Positions 7,369-18,364 of a stretch of 64,000 nt of DNA are shown in pieces. The notes beneath the pieces were generated by a model that saw only the letters and a program-made list of their open reading frames with translations, was not told the origin of the DNA and searched no databases. The stretch lies in sequence record OP557969.1; one strand, 5' to 3'. Position numbers and translations under genes: made by a program. Positions within the stretch are counted from its first letter, which is position 1, and each line of letters begins with the position of its first letter.

Positions 7369-9363
7369 ATGAATAATGAAGAATTGAAAAAACTTTTGTT
7401 GTCAAAACATATTAATTCATGGGTACATTTATACAAAGGGGACTCTCATGTGAGGGATCTCCTTTCTATTTTTGGAATAGAACCAAAAACTGATTTCGAA
7501 ATATATAAAATTCTATATATGTTCATGAATGATATATCAACAATCCCAACTGCATATTGCGGAAAAAAAGCAAGATATAAAAATTTTCAAAAAGGATTTT
7601 ATAAATTTTGCGATGATTATATTATTAATAAAAAAAATACATGTAATGTATGTCATGAAATGTATTATAAAAATCGAACAAATAAAACAAAATCAACATT
7701 AATGGGTATGTATGGTGTATCTAATGTGTCCCAGATCCAAGAAGTAAAGAAAAAGAAAGAAAAAACTAACATGGAGCGTTATGGTGTTTCTACTAATTTA
7801 CAAACATCAGAATCTAAAGAGAAAATCAAACAAACTAATATAGAGCGTTATGGATGTGAATATCCAAACCAAAACCCTGAAATATTTAATAAAGTAAAAG
7901 AGACAAATTTAAAAAAATATGGTGTTGAATTCCAAAGTAAAAGAAATGAAGTAAAAGAGAAAGCAAAAAATACAAATATCTTAAAATACGGTACTGAGTA
8001 CTCTTTATCATCACCGACGATTCGTGAAAAAATCAATAAAACAAATCTTGAACGATATGGTGGTAACCCACTATCAAATAAAATTATCCAAGATAAAATA
8101 AAAAATACCAATATATTGAAGTATAATTCATTTTATCCAATGAGCAATTTGGATGTTCAGAAAAAAGTTCATAATACAAATGTGGAAAGATATGGTGTAA
8201 AACACCCATCCCAGAATAATTCTATTATTGAAAAAATGAAAGAAACCACAAAAAATAGATATGGGGCTGAACACTACTCACAAACTGATGAGTATAAAGA
8301 GAAAATGTCACTTGCTCATCTAGACGAAAGATATACTATAATTGTTGAAAATATTGATAAAAACTATATTCCATTATTTGAAAACACAGACCTGATGATG
8401 AAAGTTAACACCGATGAATACCCATTTTGGTGTGAATATTGTGATGATTTGTTTTATAGTAAGTACAAAAATCATAAAGTGAAATGTAAGTGTCAGAAAA
8501 ATAATGGTCATTCCTTGAAAGAGAAAGAGTTAGTTGATTATATAAAATCATTAATACCAAATATGGAAATTATAGAAAATGACCGTTCAGTACTGAAACC
8601 TAAAGAGTTGGATGTGTATATTCCAGAACTTAAACTAGCTATTGAATTTAATGGTGTTTATTGGCATAATGATGAAAATATCAATTCTACTAAACATCAA
8701 GATAAGGTATTAGATTGCTTAAAACATGGTGTAAATCTTATTCACATTTATGAAGATGAATGGGATAACCCATTAACCAATAAAATTATCAAGGAACGTT
8801 TAAAGAATAAACTTCTAGCGTCTAATAGAATTTATGCTAGAAAATGTACTGTTAGAAACATAGACAAACAAGTAAGTAATAAGTTTGTGAAATCACATCA
8901 TATCCAAGGTGTTGCACAAGCAAGTATACACATTGGGCTTTACTATGGGTGCGATTTAGTTGCTGTTATGACCTTTGGTAAATCAAGGTTTGATAAAAAC
9001 TATGAATATGAATTAATCAGATACTGTTCATCTGGTACAGTTGTTGGTGGTGCATCAAAATTACTAAAATATTTCGAAACCGTATATAATCCACAATCAT
9101 TGTTGACATATGCTGATATGGATTGGAGTAATGGTAATCTTTACACGGTTCTTGGTTTTGAGTTAGATAGCTATACAGAACCTGGATATTTTTATTATGA
9201 CCCACAAACGCACGAGAGAATTTCACGTCAAAAATGTCAAAAACATAAATTGATTAAGAAAGGTCACGATATCAACTTAACCGAGAGACAAATTTGCTGT
9301 GATGTATTGGGATATTATAAGATTTACAACTCTGGTAATATAAAATACACAAAAAAATATTAA
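7369..9363 (+). mobile_element. Free-standing Hef-like homing endonuclease (repeat region + PD-(D/E)XK nuclease + GNAT-like C-terminal domain)
   Basis: ELDVYIPELKLAIEFNGVYWH nuclease motif; IYARKC...HHIQG...VAVMTFG...YELIRYCS..VVGGASKLLKYF C-terminal domain. More AT-rich with more AGA codons than the flanking structural genes. Confidence 0.8.
7687..8283 (+). repeat. About 9 tandem ~22-23-aa repeats (K.TN.ERYG.....Q)
   Basis: TLMGMYGV, KTNMERYGV, QTNIERYGC, ETNLKKYGV, NTNILKYGT, KTNLERYGG, NTNILKYNS, NTNVERYGV, ETTKNRYGA. Confidence 0.9.
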
Positions 9364-9369
9364 TAAAAT

Positions 9370-9396
9370 AGACTCCATTTTTTTGGGGTCTTTTTT
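9370..9396 (+). terminator. Rho-independent terminator
   Basis: AGACTCCA-TTTTTT-TGGGGTCT followed by T-run. Confidence 0.65.
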
Positions 9397-9400
9397 CATA

Positions 9401-9417
9401 TGTGGTGATATAATGTT
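9401..9417 (+). promoter_or_regulatory. Extended -10 early promoter
   Basis: TGTGGTGATATAATGTT, same TGATATAATGTT core as at 21745 and 46793. Confidence 0.55.
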
Positions 9418-9445
9418 TATTACATTAACGTAAAGGAATAATCCT

Positions 9446-9712
9446 ATGAATACTGAGAAGGTAATGTACAATCGATATCGTTGTGGTAGACCAACCCTAG
9501 ATTATGAATCTACTGAAAATTTCTGGAGATTTATCAAAGATTCAATTGTTGATGTTATCGGTAGAGATCGAGTAAATGCATGGGCTAGTATATATCGTGA
9601 CAATAATGGTGAAACATTTTTCATCACATATGTTTCTGTGTATGACGAAAACGAGATGATTGTGGATTTACTTGAATGTTTAGTAGGGAAAGATTTAATA
9701 GAAATTGTATAA
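9446..9712 (+). CDS. Hypothetical protein
   Basis: 88-aa ORF with AAGGA SD. Confidence 0.65.
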   Translation: MNTEKVMYNRYRCGRPTLDYESTENFWRFIKDSIVDVIGRDRVNAWASIYRDNNGETFFITYVSVYDENEMIVDLLECLVGKDLIEIV

Positions 9713-9730
9713 AATACATGGAGTAGTATA

Positions 9731-10357
9731 ATGGGAAGACACATAATTGCAATCAATGGAACTATTGGAAGCGGGAAAGATACTTTTGCTAAAACATTCA
9801 TTGAAAATGGATATACAAAAATGTCATTTGCGACCAATCTAAAAGATTCGGTTGCTTCTATTTTTGGTTGGGATCGTGAAATGCTCGAAGGAACTACCAA
9901 GGAAAGTCGAAAGATTCGTGAAGAGCCAGATCAGTACTGGTGTAAAAAGATGGGACGTGATGATGTTTCACCTCGTTGGGTACTACAAAATTACGGAACT
10001 AATATTTTACGTAAGTATTTTCATAATGATATCTGGGTATTTAGTTTAGAAAAAACAATGCAAGAAATTGATGGAAATATTATCATTACTGATTGTCGTT
10101 TCCCAAATGAATTAAAAATGATTAGATCACAAAACGGAACTATTATTGAAGTACGTCGTGTACTTCCACATTGGTATGGTCTAGCGGCATCATATAATAA
10201 AAGAAATATTTCTATTAAACCAGTAGAACTTGAAACAGTCCATGAATCTGAATGGGCTTGGATTGGAATAAATTATCCTGATATTATTGTACATAATAAT
10301 GGTACACTAGAAGACTTACAGAAAAAAGCATTGGAGATTATTTACTCTAATATGTAA
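9731..10357 (+). CDS. Deoxynucleoside monophosphate kinase (T4 gp1-like)
   Basis: P-loop GTIGSGKDT, SFATNLKDSVASIFGWDREMLEG, PRWVLQNYGT, ITDCRFPNE, HESEWAW. Confidence 0.9.
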   Translation: MGRHIIAINGTIGSGKDTFAKTFIENGYTKMSFATNLKDSVASIFGWDREMLEGTTKESRKIREEPDQYWCKKMGRDDVSPRWVLQNYGTNILRKYFHNDIWVFSLEKTMQEIDGNIIITDCRFPNELKMIRSQNGTIIEVRRVLPHWYGLAASYNKRNISIKPVELETVHESEWAWIGINYPDIIVHNNGTLEDLQKKALEIIYSNM

Positions 10358-10395
10358 AATATAAACAATAAAGACTGGTCATTTAAATCCTTCAA

Positions 10396-10401
10396 TAAAT
10401 A
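10396..10401 (+). promoter_or_regulatory. Late promoter motif
   Basis: TAAATA upstream of the tail sheath gene. Confidence 0.55.
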
Positions 10402-10453
10402 AGACTATACGAATATAAATTTCGAACAACCAATTATTTTTGGAGGATTTAAT

Positions 10454-13117
10454 ATGGCAGGAGATCTACTCTCACCTGGCGTGTCTATCTCAGTAACTGA
10501 TAACAGTATGAGTACTGCTGCTGCTCCTGGCACAGTACCACTATTTGTAATTGCTACTGCTGAAGACAAACTTGTCCCTGGCAGCAACGCAATTGCCACT
10601 GGGACTACTAAAGCAAATGCAGGTAAATTGCAGCTTTTGACATCACAAAAAAGTTCACTTGATACCTACGGTACACCAATTTTCCAAACGAATAACGGAT
10701 CTGTTGTACAAGGAGATGAACTAAACGAATATGGTCTACATGCAGTATATTCATACCTAGGAATTACCAATCGTGCATATGTAATTCGTGCTGATATCGA
10801 CCTAGCACAACTTGCACCACGTGCTGAAGCTCCAACTGGTCCAGTATCTAATGGTACTTTGTGGTTTGACGCTGCACAATCGCAAGTTGAAGCATATGTA
10901 GCTAAAAAAGATAGTCCAAGTAGTTTTTATGATTGGCAACTTAAGCCAGTAACTTTTGTTAGTGCAGAAGAAGTTGATGATGTAAGCCTAGTAGGTTTAA
11001 ATGTTGATGATTTAGTTCTACGTTATAAGCCAAGTAATGGTCAGATGTTAATGTATAAGCGTACTGCTTCCGGTTTGGTTCAAATGGAAACCTACTTATC
11101 CCCAATTAACAAAGTTCCAGTAGGTCCAACAGTAGAAAAAGGTAACATTTGGATTCGTGATGGATATACACAAAACGGTTCTAACTATTTTGGTACTCGT
11201 TTTGTTATTAAACGTTATGCCTCGTTAACTCAAGTTTGGAATGTTGTACCAACATACACAGGTAATTCATTTCAAGAAATCGAAGCGAAAAGTGGAGTAC
11301 TAAACAATAGTTATATCGCATCTCGTTTTGATGAAGATAGTAAGAGTTTCTCTTTCTATATCCAAAGTGCTAAACTATCAACTATTAGTGCACCAGCGTT
11401 GCCATTAGGTGAAACTATCATTGAACAAGCTGGTGATGATAGTTACATGACATTTACTTACTTGAATAAGTCAGTGAAAGTACTAGCAGTACCGAATGGT
11501 GGTGTTATTAATACACAAACTATCATCAATAATCTGAATTCTAATGCTGAAGTGATTAACGATGGTTTCAAATTCAAACGCGAATCAAATGGTAGTTTAG
11601 TTGTTTCTAATATTAAAGGATATAGTTTCAAAATCACACAAAGTGGTGATGACATTTTTGCAGAAGACGAACTACAAAAACTAACTGTAAACAGCAACAA
11701 CTACTCTCAAATTAATATTAAAAACTTTCGTGTTAGTGAATCCGTGCCGCGTAATATCGCAAAAGATGGAACTTTGTGGTATGATTTCGGGAACTCAGAT
11801 AATCTAACTGTCACTCTATATGTGGCTGATGTGGCAAATGACAAATGGGAACTTGTACAAGATGAAAACAAATATGTACAAGTTGATGAACCAGCAGCAG
11901 ACCGTACAATTTGGGTATGCCCACTATCACAAGGTGTTGATGGTTATGAATTCTATCGCAATGTTGATGGCGAGTGGGTTAAGCTTGATAACACTGATCA
12001 AAGCACCCTAAATGGTATGGTTTTCCACGATTTTAATATTCCATCCACTGTTCCAGCAGCAGCATTATATCAAAATGGTATGTTGGCTGTTGATTTAGGC
12101 AACACTGAAGGTGTTGTTAAAAAAATGGTTAATGGTCAATGGGAAGTTGTTAGTGGTGTAAGTATTGATGGTGCTGGCTTGTTTGGTCGTGCTGCACAAC
12201 GCAAACTAGTTGTTGAAGCTTTGGCTGCTGTCATTGTAGGCAATGATGAAATTCGTTCTGAATTTATTGATTTTAACCTAATTTGTGTACCTGGGTATGT
12301 CGAAACACTATCTGATTGTGTAACACTAAACACTGATCGTAAAGAAACTGCATTTATTGTTACCGATGTACCAGCACGTTTAGATCCAACTGGAAACGGT
12401 AGTGCCGTACAGAAATGGGCAACCAATGCAAATAATGCACCAACTAATGGTCCAGTGGGTAGAACAACTGCATATGATTATGCTGCTCAGTATATGGGTT
12501 GGTGTTTAAGTACCAATGTTGACGGGATGGAAGTTGCTGTACCTGGAAGTACAATTGCGATGCGTACATATGCATACAGTGATAGTGTAAGTTATGTATG
12601 GTATCCACCTGCTGGTACAACTCGTGGTGTTGTAACTAATGCTGCAAGTACTGGTTTTATTAATAGTGAAGGTGAATATCAACCAGTCGTATACAATCAA
12701 GGTCAACGTGATGTTATGTATACTAATAACATTAACCCAATTGCGATGCGTCCTAATCGTGGATTGTTGGTATATGGTGATAAAACACTATCTGCTAACC
12801 AAACTTCCGCTTTAAGCCGTGTTAACGTAGCTCGTTTGGTTGTTTATATTCGTCGCCAACTAGAAATTATTTCTGAACCATTCCTATTCCGTTTGAATAC
12901 ACCAAGTACTCGTCAGGAATTCAGTGGTGTTGTGAATAGTTTCCTAGCTGAAATTGTACAACAACAAGGTCTATATAACTTTGCTGTAGTTTGTGATGAA
13001 AGCAACAATACTTCTGAACGTATTGATCGTAATGAACTATGGATGGATATTGCAATCCAACCAACTAAGTCTATCAACTTCATTTATGTACCAATTCGTA
13101 TTGAGAAGACTCAATAA
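10454..13117 (+). CDS. gp18: Tail sheath protein
   Basis: N-terminal LSPGVSISVTD; C-terminal NINPI...YGDKTL..SALSRVNVARL..YI...FRLNT.STR...VVCDESNNT...IDRNELWMDIAIQP. Confidence 0.95.
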   Translation: MAGDLLSPGVSISVTDNSMSTAAAPGTVPLFVIATAEDKLVPGSNAIATGTTKANAGKLQLLTSQKSSLDTYGTPIFQTNNGSVVQGDELNEYGLHAVYSYLGITNRAYVIRADIDLAQLAPRAEAPTGPVSNGTLWFDAAQSQVEAYVAKKDSPSSFYDWQLKPVTFVSAEEVDDVSLVGLNVDDLVLRYKPSNGQMLMYKRTASGLVQMETYLSPINKVPVGPTVEKGNIWIRDGYTQNGSNYFGTRFVIKRYASLTQVWNVVPTYTGNSFQEIEAKSGVLNNSYIASRFDEDSKSFSFYIQSAKLSTISAPALPLGETIIEQAGDDSYMTFTYLNKSVKVLAVPNGGVINTQTIINNLNSNAEVINDGFKFKRESNGSLVVSNIKGYSFKITQSGDDIFAEDELQKLTVNSNNYSQINIKNFRVSESVPRNIAKDGTLWYDFGNSDNLTVTLYVADVANDKWELVQDENKYVQVDEPAADRTIWVCPLSQGVDGYEFYRNVDGEWVKLDNTDQSTLNGMVFHDFNIPSTVPAAALYQNGMLAVDLGNTEGVVKKMVNGQWEVVSGVSIDGAGLFGRAAQRKLVVEALAAVIVGNDEIRSEFIDFNLICVPGYVETLSDCVTLNTDRKETAFIVTDVPARLDPTGNGSAVQKWATNANNAPTNGPVGRTTAYDYAAQYMGWCLSTNVDGMEVAVPGSTIAMRTYAYSDSVSYVWYPPAGTTRGVVTNAASTGFINSEGEYQPVVYNQGQRDVMYTNNINPIAMRPNRGLLVYGDKTLSANQTSALSRVNVARLVVYIRRQLEIISEPFLFRLNTPSTRQEFSGVVNSFLAEIVQQQGLYNFAVVCDESNNTSERIDRNELWMDIAIQPTKSINFIYVPIRIEKTQ

Positions 13118-13123
13118 AACATT

Positions 13124-13149
13124 AAGGGAACCTTTTGGTTCCCTTTTTT
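13124..13149 (+). terminator. Rho-independent terminator
   Basis: AAGGGAACC-TTTT-GGTTCCCTT then T-run. Confidence 0.9.
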
Positions 13150-13201
13150 ATTGGTTAAAATTAAATACGTTATATTATCAATTTAGTGATTTGGATATAT
13201 T

Positions 13202-13433
13202 ATGGAAGAAATACTTAAAAAAACATTACAGGATGTAAGTAATACAGTAAGGACACAAGAAGAATCATTGAAAATCTTAAAAGAATTTTTGAATAATCTA
13301 GAACATTGTCGGTATTATTCGTGGATATACTGTGTACACAAATGGTAAATGGTCTATTGGTATAAATTATATAGATTATAACCAAAATAAAAAATACTTG
13401 TATTGTGTTAATATAGATTGGTTCCCTTATTGA
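13202..13433 (+). CDS. Small gene with apparent +1 frameshift near 13310 (about 76 aa if joined)
   Basis: ATG 13202 follows a TAAATA motif (13162) and GGA. It reads MEEILKK...EFLNNLEHC then CGG; the +1 frame continues GIIRGYTVYTNGKWSIGINY...DWFPY* to 13433. The unshifted frame stops at 13346-13348. Confidence 0.5.
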
Positions 13434-13506
13434 TGACATACTTCAATAAAAGTATTATTAATAGATAAATAATATAAAGATGTCATTCCATAATAGGAGA
13501 ATATAA

Positions 13507-14193
13507 ATGGCTACAATGCTTGATCGATATGGCGTGCCGCTGGCGGGTGGTGGTCGTATCTCTATGAAACAACCGAAAGCAAAATATAAATTTCGTGTCA
13601 TTTTCTTTGGTTTCGGAACTAATGATGATGGTAATATGATTACACTAGACACTAATACAGTAGGGGCAGTATCTGTATCACATGAAAACGTTACTGTTCA
13701 TAGTTACAACAGTTCTGCACATTATAAAGGTAAGTACACATGGGATACCATTGAAATTGCTTTCCGTGATTCTGTTGGTAACGCATCAGCAAAAGCATTA
13801 TATAACCAAATGCGTAAAGAATTTAACTACTACAGCCAAGAATCCCGTATGACTGATTCACAATTTAAATTCGAAATGTGGATTCAGGAACTGGATGGTT
13901 CGAATAGTGAAAATACTTCTAACCTTTTTGAAGGTACGTTGAGTACTTGGGTATGCCAAGGTTGCTTTATTGAATCAAGCAACTTTGGTGATTGGGATTA
14001 TTCATCTAGTGATGCTCAAGTTATTTCAATGACAGTACAACCTGATGGCTGTGCTAAATTGGGTCCAAACGGTGAAGCATTTGGTGATGAAGTTAGTGGT
14101 TTCGGTAATCCTTCTACTGCTACATCTATTTCTGGTGCACAAACCAATATCAGTAGCACTACACTACCTGATAGTAATTTCTATGAAAAATAA
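13507..14193 (+). CDS. gp19: Tail tube protein
   Basis: QPKAKYKFRV..., HYKGKYTWDTIEIAFRDSVG, W...GCFIES.NFGDWDYS; directly after sheath; TAAATA at 13466-13471. Confidence 0.85.
   Translation: MATMLDRYGVPLAGGGRISMKQPKAKYKFRVIFFGFGTNDDGNMITLDTNTVGAVSVSHENVTVHSYNSSAHYKGKYTWDTIEIAFRDSVGNASAKALYNQMRKEFNYYSQESRMTDSQFKFEMWIQELDGSNSENTSNLFEGTLSTWVCQGCFIESSNFGDWDYSSSDAQVISMTVQPDGCAKLGPNGEAFGDEVSGFGNPSTATSISGAQTNISSTTLPDSNFYEK
13765..13801 (+). repeat. 37-bp exact repeat, copy 1 (copy 2 at 14550-14586)
   Basis: CGTGATTCTGTTGGTAACGCATCAGCAAAAGCATTAT is identical in both tube paralogs. Confidence 0.9.
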
Positions 14194-14212
14194 TTTCATT
14201 TAAACTTAATAT

Positions 14213-14240
14213 AGCCTCGAATCATTTCGGGGCTTTTTTT
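14213..14240 (+). terminator. Rho-independent terminator
   Basis: AGCCTCGAA-TCAT-TTCGGGGCT then T-run; followed by late motif CTAAATA at 14244-14250. Confidence 0.85.
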
Positions 14241-14285
14241 ATGCTAAATAAAGTATAATACCTTAAAAAATATAAAGAGGTTGCT

Positions 14286-15062
14286 ATGGCAAATAACATG
14301 ATTAATAAATATGGGGTTCCTTTACCATCAGGGCGTAATAGATCTATGCTTCAACCAAAAGCAAAATACAAGTTTCGTGTTATTGTATATAATTTTGGAA
14401 CTGAAATAAATGAACGAGATCACATCGCACTAGATGTTGATAAAATTGACAGACCTACTGTTACATTTAGCACACATAAACTATATCAATTTACAACCAA
14501 TACATCATATATTGGAAGTCATGATTGGGAGCCAATTACTTTATCTATACGTGATTCTGTTGGTAACGCATCAGCAAAAGCATTATCAAGACAATTACAA
14601 AAACAACTAGACTTTCAACGAAGAATAACTCAAAGAAGGAATCATGACTATGGTTCATATAAATTCGGATTAGTTATACAAATGCTTAGTGGTCGCAATG
14701 CTGATGATACCTTGGATAATTTAGGAAGAGATACTTTAGTTGATGCATCTACCGCTGCAACAAATAATTCTGGTCTTGTCAATGCAGTTGACCAATTTAT
14801 TGGTGGTTCATCATATAATAGTGCAGGTGTAATGGAATACTTTGTTTTAACTGGATGTGTTATTCAAAACATATCATACGATTCTCTGGATTATAGTTCA
14901 AGTTCACCAGTTGAAATGGTTGTAACTATAAAACCAGATAATTGTATACAATTTGATAACATTGAAGAAATGTATAGTACCAGAATAAATTCACTTTTAC
15001 CTGAAAATGTCAATCAAGGGTTAGATATCATTGATCGTGTTTTTGGTAATGTTGGATTTTAA
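14286..15062 (+). CDS. Second tail tube-like paralog
   Basis: KYGVPL..G...M.QPKAKYKFRVI and W..I.L.IRDSVGNASAKAL shared with 13507-14193. Confidence 0.85.
   Translation: MANNMINKYGVPLPSGRNRSMLQPKAKYKFRVIVYNFGTEINERDHIALDVDKIDRPTVTFSTHKLYQFTTNTSYIGSHDWEPITLSIRDSVGNASAKALSRQLQKQLDFQRRITQRRNHDYGSYKFGLVIQMLSGRNADDTLDNLGRDTLVDASTAATNNSGLVNAVDQFIGGSSYNSAGVMEYFVLTGCVIQNISYDSLDYSSSSPVEMVVTIKPDNCIQFDNIEEMYSTRINSLLPENVNQGLDIIDRVFGNVGF
14550..14586 (+). repeat. 37-bp exact repeat, copy 2
   Basis: Identical to 13765-13801. Confidence 0.9.
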
Positions 15063-15073
15063 GGAGGTGATGG

Positions 15074-16168
15074 ATGAGTGATTTTTTTGATTCATTTGTT
15101 AGTACTGGAACTGGTATAGTAGATGGAGTTATTGATAATATAAACATAGTAAATGATCCAGCATTCAAGAACTATAATGCGGCCCAGCGTGTTTTTGGAA
15201 CAGCAGGTGAAATGGGGTTCTCATTTTATAACTTACCAAAATTTAAAAATAGTTTTATAATAGAATTTGTATTAACTCCTTTCGCAAAGAACTTTATTAA
15301 AACACAATTACCAGATACACATACTGGCTTTGATGTTAATAATGTATCGTGTTTTGTGAAAGATGTGACGTTACCAAGCTTTTCATTCAATATTGAAACA
15401 GTAAATCAATATAACAAAAAGCGATTAGTTACTGGGGATATAGTTTATAAACCAAGTACTGTGGTTTTTTATGATACTGTAGATGGGGCTGGATACTTAC
15501 TACTGGATGCATATAGAAAGTTTTATTATGGGGATTTTTTTGATAAAAATCCACAATCATACAGAAATGATGTATTAAGTACACCTGACAACTTTAATGG
15601 ACTAGGTGGTAACTGGGGTCGTTCTGTTATGAATAATGGTAATTATGATAATCAGTACTTTTTCAAATCCATTAATATATATGAGATTGATAATGAGACA
15701 TATACTGTACATAATATGATAAATGTATTCATTGAAGATGTACAATTGGAAACAAAATCCATGGAAAGTGAAGCAGAACCTTCTATGATTACATTAACCA
15801 TGAGATATGAAGCATGTAACAACTTTGGTCCTGATGGGTATTTGAGCATTAGTGTTCCGTCGATGGAGATTGCTCATTTGATTACGAACACAGAAGGACT
15901 TGGTGTTAGTGGGTTTTTTAAATTTTTTGGTGAGTTAGATGATAAAACTGCCGGAATCACAACTGTTGGTAAAATTATCCGAGCAGGTACGGCAACTAGT
16001 GATATAATAAGCAGTGTTGATGATATATTGCGTGGGGATACTACACCTGATACAATTCGAAACATAGGTGCTGCTGTAACTAGGGGTTCTGATGCGATTG
16101 GATTTGGTAGTGTTGTGTCGGATGCAAGTTCTAAATTTGGACTTGGTAATATACTAGGAGATTTCTAA
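15074..16168 (+). CDS. Tube-fold baseplate-tail junction protein (gp54/gp48-like)
   Basis: VKDVTLPSFSF....NQYNKKR...GDIVYKPSTVVFYDT resembles the tube/gp54 fold; position follows the tube genes. Confidence 0.6.
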   Translation: MSDFFDSFVSTGTGIVDGVIDNINIVNDPAFKNYNAAQRVFGTAGEMGFSFYNLPKFKNSFIIEFVLTPFAKNFIKTQLPDTHTGFDVNNVSCFVKDVTLPSFSFNIETVNQYNKKRLVTGDIVYKPSTVVFYDTVDGAGYLLLDAYRKFYYGDFFDKNPQSYRNDVLSTPDNFNGLGGNWGRSVMNNGNYDNQYFFKSINIYEIDNETYTVHNMINVFIEDVQLETKSMESEAEPSMITLTMRYEACNNFGPDGYLSISVPSMEIAHLITNTEGLGVSGFFKFFGELDDKTAGITTVGKIIRAGTATSDIISSVDDILRGDTTPDTIRNIGAAVTRGSDAIGFGSVVSDASSKFGLGNILGDF

Positions 16169-16229
16169 TAGCAGGATACTGTAATGTTTAGAATTAAATA
16201 TTGTTAAATGTATAAATTAAAAGGCATAA

Positions 16230-17240
<1,011 letters not shown>

Positions 17241-17268
17241 CTAAAACGTCTATTAATGGAGTTATTAA

Positions 17269-17805
17269 ATGAACAAGCTACAAAAAATTCTAACAGAAAA
17301 TAAACCTGTGTATGAATATCGTGTCAAATTTGCATTTGAGCCGAGTGCTGAACAATTGAGTAAAGTTACACAACGACTAGTAGATCGATATGATGCATTT
17401 GAAGTAGGTGCGTTGAAGAAAACAATTTTTATGGAAAAACCACTAGATTTTTACGAACTCGATTGTGGTGAAATCTGGATGTTTGATTTTAAATGCAATC
17501 GTGGTGTTCAGTCTAATGTACTGATGTATGAAATTGGAAACCTTCTGTCTGTTACTGAAGCACTTATTCGTGTTCGTAATAAAGATGAGCCTCGTCAAAT
17601 CGAAATGACAGATTTGGAAGATGATATTGATTTTGATGTTATTGATGAACCTATTATCGGTGTTGATTTTGGTAAACCTGAAGATAGTACTGATTTGGCT
17701 GGACAACAACGTGCTGATACAGCAGTTTCTGATGCCATTAAAGCTGTTAAAAAAGAAAATAAATACTCTCAATATATGAGTGCTGGTTTTAGTAAAAAGG
17801 ATTAA
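17269..17805 (+). CDS. Hypothetical virion/head protein
   Basis: TAAATA (17234) and GGAG upstream; N-terminal ILTE motif. Confidence 0.65.
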   Translation: MNKLQKILTENKPVYEYRVKFAFEPSAEQLSKVTQRLVDRYDAFEVGALKKTIFMEKPLDFYELDCGEIWMFDFKCNRGVQSNVLMYEIGNLLSVTEALIRVRNKDEPRQIEMTDLEDDIDFDVIDEPIIGVDFGKPEDSTDLAGQQRADTAVSDAIKAVKKENKYSQYMSAGFSKKD

Positions 17806-17808
17806 GAC

Positions 17809-18351
17809 ATGAGTATACTTAATGAAATGTTGGACTATGAAGATAATGAGTTAAATGAAGCTCGACCATATAGTCGTTCACAGAGTGCTATTGATAGTGC
17901 AAAAGGTAAAGTAAAAGGTTTTTTTGGTAGTGGGCAGATTGAACAAGGTGCACAAGAGGTTGGTGCTGAAGCGAACCGTTTGTGGGCAGAGTTTAAACGT
18001 TATGTTGGTCGAAAATATGGCAAAGCACAACCATCTGTTCCTTACGCTGATGTTGCACAGTTTTTTAAAGGGAACAATCTTGATATTAAATACTTGGGTA
18101 ATAATCCACGTCGTTCTTTTACACCAAAAGATGTAGGTACTGCTTTATTAAACGCTGCTCGTGATCTAATGAATGACTATCGTGACCAACAAGGCGAGGA
18201 AGAACGTTCTGAACCACAACAGTCACAGCGTACTGCACCTGAGCAACCAGCACAACAAGAACAACCAAAAGCACAAGGTTCCAGTATCCCTGATGCTCTA
18301 CAAAAATTAAGTCCAGAGCAACGCGACCAACTGTTACGTATGCTTTCTTAA
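17809..18351 (+). CDS. Hypothetical virion/head protein
   Basis: ILNE and LNEA motifs, Q/E/P-rich linker. Confidence 0.65.
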   Translation: MSILNEMLDYEDNELNEARPYSRSQSAIDSAKGKVKGFFGSGQIEQGAQEVGAEANRLWAEFKRYVGRKYGKAQPSVPYADVAQFFKGNNLDIKYLGNNPRRSFTPKDVGTALLNAARDLMNDYRDQQGEEERSEPQQSQRTAPEQPAQQEQPKAQGSSIPDALQKLSPEQRDQLLRMLS

Positions 18352-18364
18352 GGAGAACCATCAC

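Noticed and set aside
7687-8283. CRISPR-like array or DNA-level repeat locus
   Set aside because: The repeats are degenerate in-frame protein repeats of ~66-69 nt without constant DNA repeats and unique spacers.
13215-13439. 74-aa minus-strand ORF in the sheath-tube gap
   Set aside because: Low-complexity hydrophobic translation opposite a better-supported plus-strand gene, within a plus-strand operon.
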